Shown: positions 10,423-18,732 of the stretch, in pieces | How positions within the stretch are numbered: the first letter of the stretch is position 1 | Layout of the letters: every line of letters begins with the position of its first letter | Assembly: GCF_014252415.1 (NCBI RefSeq) | Contig: NZ_CP059223.1 | Span: 1-32,000, forward strand | DNA length: 32,000 nt | Direction: 5' to 3' | DNA from: Candidatus Saccharimonadota bacterium | GTDB lineage: Bacteria; Bacteroidota; Bacteroidia; Flavobacteriales; Blattabacteriaceae | Program-made: the position numbers and the translations under genes | The notes under the pieces: model-generated | Seen by the model: the letters and a program-made list of their open reading frames with translations, nothing else | The model's database searches: none | What the model was told of the DNA's origin: nothing

Positions 10423-10826
10423 TGGAGTTGGCGGGATTCGAACCCGCGTCCAAACAAGTAAAATAAAAGCTTTCTACATATTTATCCAAAAAAAAGTTTC
10501 AATTTATATTCAGTTTTTGGATTCCAAAATATAAATCTATTATTCAAATAATAAATATTAGAAAATTTTAGAATAATTAATTTCCTAATTTCCTTATTCT
10601 ATTAAGTATCTTCATAATACAAAAATCATAAGGAATAGATCTTTGTGAAGATATTTTGCTATCAAATATTATGATTATAGCTTCTTATAAATTAAGTTAA
10701 GCAGCAAAAGCGTATTTTTTTTCGCCATTTAGTTTTTTGTAATAAATTTTTACGTGCATACTATTACAACTACACGATATGCTTACTTTTATTAAATCAT
10801 GATGTCAATTTCCATATAACAACCCC
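10423..10826 (-). ncRNA. ssrA: tmRNA (SsrA), about 404 nt
   Basis: On the minus strand the 5' end GGGGTTGTTATATGGAAATTGAC (from 10826) pairs with the 3' end GGACGCGGGTTCGAATCCCGCCAACTCCA (ending at 10423). This gives a 7-bp acceptor stem with the G3:U alanine identity pair and a canonical T-arm. The internal tag frame is GGC GAA AAA AAA TAC GCT TTT GCT GCT TAA (10726..10697) = GEKKYAFAA*, matching the Bacteroidota GExxYAxAA tag pattern. CCA is not encoded. Confidence 0.88.
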
Positions 10827-10891
10827 TTAATTTAATTGATTTGGCAATATATTAAATTTTTTTCTATTATTAAAATCTTTATATATAAAAT

Positions 10892-12130
10892 TTATCTAAA
10901 ATTATATTGATTAAAAGCATCTATTCTTATAAGTAAAAATACTAGTATAGTAAAAGATAAAAAAGAAGATCCTCCATAACTAAAAAAAGGTAATACAATT
11001 CCAATTGTAGGAAACAAACCCATTACCATTCCTAAATTAATACAAAAATGAACAAAAATAATATTTCCAACTGAATAACCCAAAATTCTACCAAAATGAT
11101 TTTTTTGCCTTTCAGATAAAAAATATATTCTTCCAATAAATAATAAATAAATAATTATTAAAATTGTACTTCCAATAAATCCCCATTCTTCTCCTACTGT
11201 ACAAAAAATATAATCAGTATGCTGTTCTGGTACAAATTTTCCTTTTGTTATTGTTCCTTTATTAAATCCTTTTCCAAATAAATTCCCAGATCCAATAGCA
11301 GTTTTTGAAAATAATAAATTATATCCTATGTTATCTCTATATTTTTTATCAAATTCATTTTGAAATAGAATATTCACTCTGTCTTTATGATGTGGTTTTA
11401 ATAATTTTTGAAAAATAAATGGAGAACAAATAGAAAACAAAGAAAATAATAAAAATAAAACAATATATCTATATTGTCTTTTATTTATTAAAAAAAAAAC
11501 AAAAAAAATAATAAATAAAAATGGAATAATAATGTAGTATGGAATACTTAAAGAAAATAAAAATAATAATATAGAAAATATACAATAAAGTATAAAAGAA
11601 ATAGGCAAACCTTCTCTATATAAAGTTAAAAAAAAAGAAGAAAAAATTATTGAAGATCCAGGATCAGGTTGTATAAATATTAATATGGATGGTACAATCA
11701 ATATAATTAAAATTAAAAAAAATATTTTTTTATCGTTTATATTATTCTTATTTAACAAATAAGCAATAATTAAAGAAGTTGATATTTTTGATAATTCGGA
11801 TGGTTGAAAATTAATAGTTCCTATTACATACCATGATTTTGATCCATTTATATCTTTTCCAAAAAAAAATACACCTATCAAAAGCGATAATGTAATTATA
11901 AAAAAAAATGGAGAAAAATTTATATAATGAATTGGTTTAAATATAAAAATTATAAATATTGATATAAAACTAAAAATAATCCAAATTAATTGTTTTTCAG
12001 CTTTATCATAAGATACCGAATATAGATTTATATAACCGAAAATAGTTATAAAAATATAAATAATTATAATTTTCCAATCAATTCTATTAATAAAAGTTTT
12101 ATTTCTTTTTATTATTGATCTTTCCTTCAT
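10892..12130 (-). CDS. rodA: Peptidoglycan glycosyltransferase RodA (SEDS family, elongasome)
   Basis: 412-aa polytopic membrane protein with SEDS motifs (QPSELSKI, PEQHTDYIF, FSYGGSSF). It sits directly downstream of mrdA and overlaps it by 32 nt. Confidence 0.9.
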   Translation of the reverse strand: MKERSIIKRNKTFINRIDWKIIIIYIFITIFGYINLYSVSYDKAEKQLIWIIFSFISIFIIFIFKPIHYINFSPFFFIITLSLLIGVFFFGKDINGSKSWYVIGTINFQPSELSKISTSLIIAYLLNKNNINDKKIFFLILIILIVPSILIFIQPDPGSSIIFSSFFLTLYREGLPISFILYCIFSILLFLFSLSIPYYIIIPFLFIIFFVFFLINKRQYRYIVLFLLFSLFSICSPFIFQKLLKPHHKDRVNILFQNEFDKKYRDNIGYNLLFSKTAIGSGNLFGKGFNKGTITKGKFVPEQHTDYIFCTVGEEWGFIGSTILIIIYLLFIGRIYFLSERQKNHFGRILGYSVGNIIFVHFCINLGMVMGLFPTIGIVLPFFSYGGSSFLSFTILVFLLIRIDAFNQYNFR

Positions 12131-14021
12131 GATAATTTTTCAATTTTTTTATTCTAGAAATATAATCGTATGTTTTTTTTAAATTTGATTTCATTATTCT
12201 TTTCTCAAGATTTTTTCTATAAATATTATCAATACTACGGTTAATATATTTTTCAGCAATAAGACTAGCAATAGGTCCAGCTAAATTAGATCCAAACCCT
12301 CCATTTTCTATGATTACAGACACAGAAATTTTAGGATTCTTTATAGGTGCAAATAATATGAATATAGAATGATCTGGTAAAGATCTCATTTTTCGATTAA
12401 TTTGAATAAAATTTTGAGAAGTCCCTGTTTTTCCTGCCATCCTGATATTATGACATTTAAAAGACTTTCCAGTACCTATCATGAATACTTTTTCCATTCC
12501 ATTAATGACAGTATTAAAATATTTTTTATTTTTTATTTTAGTCCTAATTTTTTTTTCTTTTAATATTAATTGTTTATTGTTTATCTTTTTTATAAGATGT
12601 GGAGAATAAAAATGACCTTTATTAGCTATAATACTAGCTAAGTTAGCTAACTGGATTGGAGTAACATTAATTTCTCCCTGTCCAATACTATTTGATATAA
12701 TAGTAATAGCATTCCATTTATTTTTACCATATTTTTTATCATAATAATCCCCAGAAGGAATTAATTTTTTCTTTTTATACTTATATGATATTAAATCATA
12801 TGGAAAATTATAATCAAATCCAAAACTTTTTACAATTTCACTCCATTCGTTAACTCCTTTTCTTAAATTTTTTGGGTATTTCTCTACAATACGTTTATAA
12901 ACTTGTGCAAAAAAATTATTACAAGAAATTGCAATAGCTTTTTTTACATTTATTGGAAATCGATGACTTGATCCGGATCGACATCTAATTCTTTTTTTAC
13001 CATATTTAAATCCATTATGACATGTAAAATTAGTTTTTTCGTTAATTACCCCCATATGTAATCCAGCTAATTCTATTAATAATTTAAATGTAGATGCTGG
13101 AGAATAACGAGCTTGTATAGATCTGTCAAAAAGAGGATGATTTGGATCATTCATCAATCTTTTAAATTCCTTATTACGATTTTTACCTACTAATAAATTA
13201 GGATTACTTATCGGACTAGAAACTAAAGATAATATTTCTCCATTTCTTGGATCGATTGCTACAATACCTCCTTTTTTATTAACCATTAAATCTTCTGCAT
13301 ATTTTTGTAAATCCCAATCAATAGTTAAAGTAACATCATTTCCACTTACAGCTTTTATATTATTTTTTTTATTATTATAACTATCTATAATAGTACCATT
13401 TCTATCTCTTAACCAGTAATTAAAACCTTTTTTACCTCTTAAAAATTTTTCACAAGATTTTTCCACTCCTGCCCATCCAATAAAATCTCCAAGTTGATAG
13501 TATTTTGATTCATTTTTTATATCATTTTCTGTTACTTCTCCTATATATCCTAAAATATTAGTAGAACTTTTTACATTATAATCTCTAACACTTCGTTTAA
13601 CCCAATCAAATCCTTTAAACTTATATAATTTTTCTTGTATAGACGCAAATTTTTCTTTTGGAATAAAAGGAATAAATACAGAAGGTAAATATTTAGAATA
13701 AGATTTCGATTTCTCTAAATTTTCAAAAAATTTACTTTTTTGTATTCCTACAGTATCACAAAACTCTTTTATATTGAAGTTTTTTTCTTCCATTAAGATT
13801 GGAACAATTATTAATTCGTAAATAGATTTATTAAAAACTAATAGTTTATGATTTCTATCAAAAATGAATCCTCTATCAGGAATAATAATTTCCTTTTTTA
13901 TAGAAGTATTTAAAGCGTTTAATATATATTTATTAGTATAAATTTGTATATAAAATAATCTAGATATTAATATAAAACCTATAGTACCTAATAATAAATA
14001 GAAACTAAATAATTTTTTCAA
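12099..14021 (-). CDS. mrdA: Penicillin-binding protein 2 (elongasome transpeptidase)
   Basis: 640 aa with an N-terminal membrane anchor. Transpeptidase motifs are SxxK (SPASTFK), SxN (SCN) and KTG (GKTGTSQ). TTG start at 14021-14019, overlapping the mreD TGA stop (TTGA). Confidence 0.92.
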   Translation of the reverse strand: MKKLFSFYLLLGTIGFILISRLFYIQIYTNKYILNALNTSIKKEIIIPDRGFIFDRNHKLLVFNKSIYELIIVPILMEEKNFNIKEFCDTVGIQKSKFFENLEKSKSYSKYLPSVFIPFIPKEKFASIQEKLYKFKGFDWVKRSVRDYNVKSSTNILGYIGEVTENDIKNESKYYQLGDFIGWAGVEKSCEKFLRGKKGFNYWLRDRNGTIIDSYNNKKNNIKAVSGNDVTLTIDWDLQKYAEDLMVNKKGGIVAIDPRNGEILSLVSSPISNPNLLVGKNRNKEFKRLMNDPNHPLFDRSIQARYSPASTFKLLIELAGLHMGVINEKTNFTCHNGFKYGKKRIRCRSGSSHRFPINVKKAIAISCNNFFAQVYKRIVEKYPKNLRKGVNEWSEIVKSFGFDYNFPYDLISYKYKKKKLIPSGDYYDKKYGKNKWNAITIISNSIGQGEINVTPIQLANLASIIANKGHFYSPHLIKKINNKQLILKEKKIRTKIKNKKYFNTVINGMEKVFMIGTGKSFKCHNIRMAGKTGTSQNFIQINRKMRSLPDHSIFILFAPIKNPKISVSVIIENGGFGSNLAGPIASLIAEKYINRSIDNIYRKNLEKRIMKSNLKKTYDYISRIKKLKNYHEGKINNKKK

Positions 14022-14530
14022 TTTTTTGTTTTTCTAAGAAAAAAATAGATAATACATAAAATTGTTGTAAAAACACTACTAAATAATATTTTGAAAAAAA
14101 TTATTTTACTTATTACAACTGATCCATTTAATAATTCTATCATTAATAATGATATATCATGTATGATAACTAATGAAAAAATATAAAATATTTTTTTTAA
14201 AAATGATAAATTATAAATTGAAAAATTTTGTTGATTAAAATTATTTCCATCAAAAAATTTTAAAAAATTATTTCTTAAATAAGCAGATAAAGTAGTAGAA
14301 AAAGCATGTGTTCCACCTGTATTCATAAAACAATCTATAATAAAACCAATTAAAAAAGAAAAAAATAAAAATATATATTTATTCCATTTATATGGATAAA
14401 TTAATATAAAAATAATATATACATAAGAATATACTCCCAAAAATATAGGATGATTAAAAATTGATATTTGAATCAAACAAATGGAAAAAACATAAAATGT
14501 TGAAACAACAAAATTTTTTATAAAATTCAT
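14018..14530 (-). CDS. mreD: Rod shape-determining protein MreD
   Basis: 170-aa hydrophobic protein located between mreC and mrdA. It has an MreD-like central segment (FLIGFIIDCFMNTGGTHAFSTTLSAYLRN). Confidence 0.72.
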   Translation of the reverse strand: MNFIKNFVVSTFYVFSICLIQISIFNHPIFLGVYSYVYIIFILIYPYKWNKYIFLFFSFLIGFIIDCFMNTGGTHAFSTTLSAYLRNNFLKFFDGNNFNQQNFSIYNLSFLKKIFYIFSLVIIHDISLLMIELLNGSVVISKIIFFKILFSSVFTTILCIIYFFLRKTKN

Positions 14531-14533
14531 TTA

Positions 14534-15358
14534 CTAATTTTCAACTTTATTAATATCAACCCATTCTTTTTTTAATAAATTTTTAACAACATACGCATTA
14601 CCTATAGTAGAAAAATCAGTAAATAATTTTACTTGTATTATAAAACTTGCATGTTCACTATCTAATTTATATGATTTTATAGTACCAATCGGTATTCCTT
14701 CTGGAAAGGTACCGGATTTTCCATCTGTTTCTATAATGTCTCCTATATTTATTTTACAATATTTAGGAATATCATATAAAATTACATATTTATAACTGTC
14801 CCCATTCCATAAAATGGTACCAAAGTTTTTATTTTTTTTTATTCTTGCATTAATTTTAATTTTTAAATTAAGAAGTGACATAGCTGTACTAAAATGTGGG
14901 GTCGTTTTAATAATAATTCCGGCAATACCATTAGGTAAAATTAACCCCATATCTATTTTAATACCATCTAAACTACCTTTATTAATAATCATGTAGTTTT
15001 CTTGTTTATTAATACTATTTCCTATAATTTTTACTGGAGTAAAAGTATATTCTTGTAAGTATTCTATATTTTTTTCTTTAAAATTATCAGATATTTTTAT
15101 TATATTTGAAAATATACTTTCATTATGTAATCTACTATTTTCATTTAAAAGATTTTCATTTTCTTTTGCTAAAGAAAAATAATTTTGTAATCCATAAATA
15201 GTTCTATAAATACTCCCAACTATAAAATTAGATCCATTATAAATTAATTTTGAACTTGAATTTAAATTTGAAAAAGAAAAAAAAATAGATACAAATTCTA
15301 ATAAAAAAAATAAAATTAAAAAACGCCATTTTAATAAGAAATAAAAAAAATCACGCAT
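14534..15358 (-). CDS. mreC: Rod shape-determining protein MreC
   Basis: 274 aa with an N-terminal membrane anchor, a coiled-coil segment (ENENLLNENSRLHNE) and a beta-rich C-terminal domain (GIAGIIIKTTPHFSTAMSLLN). Located between mreB and mreD. Confidence 0.85.
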   Translation of the reverse strand: MRDFFYFLLKWRFLILFFLLEFVSIFFSFSNLNSSSKLIYNGSNFIVGSIYRTIYGLQNYFSLAKENENLLNENSRLHNESIFSNIIKISDNFKEKNIEYLQEYTFTPVKIIGNSINKQENYMIINKGSLDGIKIDMGLILPNGIAGIIIKTTPHFSTAMSLLNLKIKINARIKKNKNFGTILWNGDSYKYVILYDIPKYCKINIGDIIETDGKSGTFPEGIPIGTIKSYKLDSEHASFIIQVKLFTDFSTIGNAYVVKNLLKKEWVDINKVEN

Positions 15359-15368
15359 TTTTTGTCAT

Positions 15369-16409
15369 TTATTTTGTTAAAAACGTAAATTTATCAATAT
15401 TATTTAAAGCGACACCAGTCCCTTTTACTACTGCTCTAAGTGGATCTTCTACTAAAAAAACAGATAATCCCGTTTTTTTAGAAATTCTTTTATCTAATCC
15501 TCTTAAAAGAGAACCCCCCCCTGCCATGTATATCCCAGTTTTATATATATCCGCTGCTAATTCTGGTGGTGTTTTAGATAATGTTTCCATTACAGCATCT
15601 TCAATTCTTAAAATTGATTTATCAAGAGCAGGTATTGTCTCTTTATAAGAAAGATTCATTTCTTTAGGTTTCCCTGTAGAAAGATCTCGTCCTCTTATAT
15701 AAATATCTTCGGGGATTGGATCTATAGATTCCATTGCAGATCCTATTTTTATTTTTATTTTTTCCGCTGTTCTTTCTCCGATATACAAATTATATTTACT
15801 ACGAAGAAAATATGAAATATCATTAGTAAAAACATCTCCTGCTATTTTTATAGATTTTTGACAAACAATACCTCCTAAAGCAATAACTCCGCATTCTGTT
15901 GTACCTCCTCCTATATCTATAATCATATTTCCTTCTGCTTTTGTTACTGATATTCCAGATCCAATAGCTGCAGCCATAGGTTCCTCTATTAAATAAACTT
16001 CTTTAGCATTTAAATGTTGAGCTGAGTCCTTTACTGCTCTTTTTTCTACCTCTGTTATACCTGATGGTATACATATTACCATTGTTAGTGATGGAGTAAA
16101 AATTTTACTATTAATTCCTGGTATTTTTTTTATAAATTCTTTTATCATAAGTTCAGCAATTTGATAATCTGCAATAACTCCATCCTTTAACGGTTTATAT
16201 ATTTTTATACTTTCATGTGTTTTTCCTTGCATTTGTTTAGCTTCTTCTCCTACTGCTAATACTTTCTTATTTCTTACATCTATCGCAATAATAGAAGGTA
16301 AATCTACTACTACTTTGCTATCATGCATTATAAGAGTATTTGCGGTTCCTAAATCTATAGCTATCCCTTGGGCAAAGAGATTCTTCATAAAATTGACTAC
16401 TAATCCCAT
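15369..16409 (-). CDS. mreB: Rod shape-determining actin homologue MreB
   Basis: 346 aa with actin-fold ATPase motifs IAIDLGTANT, IDIGGGTTE and MAGGGSLLRGLD. Confidence 0.95.
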   Translation of the reverse strand: MGLVVNFMKNLFAQGIAIDLGTANTLIMHDSKVVVDLPSIIAIDVRNKKVLAVGEEAKQMQGKTHESIKIYKPLKDGVIADYQIAELMIKEFIKKIPGINSKIFTPSLTMVICIPSGITEVEKRAVKDSAQHLNAKEVYLIEEPMAAAIGSGISVTKAEGNMIIDIGGGTTECGVIALGGIVCQKSIKIAGDVFTNDISYFLRSKYNLYIGERTAEKIKIKIGSAMESIDPIPEDIYIRGRDLSTGKPKEMNLSYKETIPALDKSILRIEDAVMETLSKTPPELAADIYKTGIYMAGGGSLLRGLDKRISKKTGLSVFLVEDPLRAVVKGTGVALNNIDKFTFLTK

Positions 16410-16496
16410 TAATATTTTTTTTATGAAAATGTCTACCTAATTTAAACAAAAATTACACTTTTTCAGTAAATTATGTACTAATAAATTTTATTTTTT

Positions 16497-17017
16497 ATGT
16501 CAAAAAAACATAATATTTTTTTATTAATAGGAGGAAATCAAGAAAATAGAAAAAAATATTTGAACATAGCGATTATTCTAATAAATAAAAAAATTGGAAA
16601 AATAATAAATAAATCTTCTTTTTTTAAAAGTGAAGCATGGAAAATGAAAAAAGATTCTCCATATTTTTTAAATATAATTGTACATGTAAAAACTTTTTAT
16701 TCTCCTATTTTTTTAATGAATGAAATAAAAAAAATAGAAAATTTAATAATAGAGAAAAAAAAAAAAAACGTAAAAATTTAATAAATAAAATATATAAAAA
16801 TAGAAAAATAGATATAGACATTTTATTTTATGATCAATTAATTATATATACATCGAATCATAATTTAATTATTCCACATTATTTATTACATATTAGAAAA
16901 TTTGTTTTAGAACCTATGTGTGAAATTAATCCTAATAAATATCATCCTATTTTTAAAATGACAGTTTTAGAAATGTTAGGTGCTTGTTCAGATAAATCTT
17001 TAGTAAAAAAAATTTAA
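16497..17017 (+). pseudogene. folK: 2-amino-4-hydroxy-6-hydroxymethyldihydropteridine diphosphokinase (HPPK), split by a frameshift in an A14 tract
   Basis: The N-terminal half is the 94-aa ORF 16497..16781 (IFLLIGGNQENR..., SSFFKSEAWKM..., FLNIIVHVKT...). The C-terminal half is open in another frame from the A tract to TAA 17015-17017 and reads RKNLINKIYKNRKIDIDILFYD...LIIPHYLLHIRKFVLEPMCEINP, the conserved HPPK C-terminal signature. One extra A in the run 16755..16768 fuses the halves into a protein of about 173 aa. Confidence 0.82.
16755..16768 (+). repeat. Poly(A) homopolymer, 14 nt, at the folK frameshift
   Basis: Counted directly: gag + 14 x a + cg. Confidence 0.95.
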
Positions 17018-17143
17018 AAAATTATACTCAATCATAAATAAATATATAGTATAGATTAAAATAAGTATATTTACATTATTTTAATGAAAAAATTTTTTGA
17101 ATAAAATTTATTATTAATGAAAAAATTTTTTTTATATATTGTA

Positions 17144-17153
17144 TTTTTTTTTT
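17144..17153 (+). repeat. Poly(T) homopolymer, 10 nt, separating a signal-peptide mini-ORF from the OstA-like ORF
   Basis: Counted directly: gta + 10 x t + aatt. Confidence 0.95.
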
Positions 17154-17241
17154 AATTTTTAATAATAGTTTTTCTAAAATTATTAAAAAAGAAAAAAATA
17201 AACTTTATATTATTCATGCTGATTCAATAAAATGTTATCGA

Positions 17242-18699
17242 TTGAATAATTTCATTATAAATGGAAAAGTTCATATTAAATATAGAAAATATCATATTTT
17301 TTGTAATAAGATAATATATGATAAAAATAATAATAAATTTTATGGGTACGGAAAAGTTAGAGTAAAATTCAATAATATTAAATTAGTATCTAATTATTTT
17401 GAATATTGTAATAATAACAATGTACCTCAATTAAAATTTTTAGGAAATATTTTATTGAAAAAAAATAAAATAAAATTAACTGCAAAAAAAATAAATTTTT
17501 TTGTTAAAAGTAAAAGATTACAAGCAACTAAAAATGTTGTTTTTATTTTAGATAAATTAAAATTAATAACTAATAAATTTGAATATAATTTCTTATCAAA
17601 AAAACTTACTTATAATAACCAAGGAACTATTTTTTATAAAAATTATATTATTCATAGTGATAAAGGTTATTTATTCCCTGAGAAAGGGAAAATAGAACTA
17701 AAAAATAGAATAAAATTTTTTGATAAAAATCAAAAAAAATATATTATTCAAACAAATATATTAAACTTTTTTCCAAAAAAGGAAATTATATCATGTAAGC
17801 CATATTCTTTAGTCGAAAAAAATAACAACAATTTTTTTCATTCTAAAAATGCATTTTTAAACATAAAAAATAAAATATTTTTATTTAATGATATCAATCT
17901 ACGATATAAAAATATTTATTTAAAATGTAAGTATCTTTTTTTCAATAAAAGAAAAAATAATGGATTTTTCAAAAAAATAATTTTAAATAATTCAAAAAAA
18001 GATTATTTTTTATATGGAAATAATGGTATGTTTAATTTTAATTATAAAAATATTAATATTTTTATAAACAAAAAACCTAAGATTATTATAAAAAAAATAA
18101 AAAATTATATAATTATTATAAATTCTAAATATTTAAAAACAGTATTAAATAATAATAATTTTTCTATTAAATCTACTAATAATAAAATAAGGATTCCAAG
18201 TAAAAATATTGTAGGTACTTGTTCTTTATTAAAATATCAATCAAAAGAAAATCATGCTCAATTATTTAATAATATAATTATAAAAAAAGATAATGATAAA
18301 CAGATTATAGGAGATAATATAAATATAAATTTATATAATAAAGGAATAAAGAATTTAATTATAAAAAATATTTTTTTTATAAAAAAAATAGGTAATCAAG
18401 AATTTGATCAAATCAAATCAAATTTTATGATAGGAACTTTTAATAAAAATATTTTAAAAAAAATCTTACTGGATGGAAATGTAAATGGAATTATATTTAT
18501 TCCATCTTTTGGGAAAGAACAAGAAAAAATATTTAATAGATTTTCAGCAAAAAAAATATTTTTAGATATAGAAAATGATAAAATAAAAAAAATTGATTCT
18601 TTTGAAAAAATAAATTACGATTTTTTATCTTTTGACAAAAATCTTCCAAAAGATTCAATTTTTCTACCTAAATTTAATTGGATAGATAAAATAAAGTAA
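17242..18699 (+). CDS. OstA/LptD-N-terminal-like (LPS transport family) protein; the true 5' end is probably at ATG 17117
   Basis: 485-aa ORF from TTG 17242. The frame is open upstream to 17101 and encodes ...LIFNNSFSKIIKKEKNKLYIIHADSIKCYR. The N-terminal region shows the repeated OstA_N-like pattern (IIHADSI..., NGKVHIKYRKYHIFCNKIIYD, GYGKVRVKF..., ATKNVVF). The rest is low-complexity and Asn/Lys/Ile-rich. The functional call is tentative. Confidence 0.55.
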   Translation: MNNFIINGKVHIKYRKYHIFCNKIIYDKNNNKFYGYGKVRVKFNNIKLVSNYFEYCNNNNVPQLKFLGNILLKKNKIKLTAKKINFFVKSKRLQATKNVVFILDKLKLITNKFEYNFLSKKLTYNNQGTIFYKNYIIHSDKGYLFPEKGKIELKNRIKFFDKNQKKYIIQTNILNFFPKKEIISCKPYSLVEKNNNNFFHSKNAFLNIKNKIFLFNDINLRYKNIYLKCKYLFFNKRKNNGFFKKIILNNSKKDYFLYGNNGMFNFNYKNINIFINKKPKIIIKKIKNYIIIINSKYLKTVLNNNNFSIKSTNNKIRIPSKNIVGTCSLLKYQSKENHAQLFNNIIIKKDNDKQIIGDNININLYNKGIKNLIIKNIFFIKKIGNQEFDQIKSNFMIGTFNKNILKKILLDGNVNGIIFIPSFGKEQEKIFNRFSAKKIFLDIENDKIKKIDSFEKINYDFLSFDKNLPKDSIFLPKFNWIDKIK

Positions 18700-18732
18700 A
18701 ATACTTAAAATATTTTTTTAAGTATAAAAAAT

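Noticed and set aside
10412-10489. N-terminal extension of lnt from ATG 10489
   Set aside because: It would be translated from the tmRNA T-arm and acceptor stem on the same strand. The peptide (MDKYVESFYFTCLDAGSNPANS) has no Lnt-like character. It is kept only as an alternative in the lnt finding.
14814-14996. 60-aa antisense ORF inside mreC
   Set aside because: It lies within a well-supported CDS and is a hydrophobic low-complexity artefact.
16497-16781. Treating the 94-aa and 87-aa ORFs (16497..16781 and 22737..23000) as stand-alone small proteins
   Set aside because: Each is the N-terminal half of a recognisable enzyme (HPPK, thiamine pyrophosphokinase). The C-terminal half follows directly in another frame.
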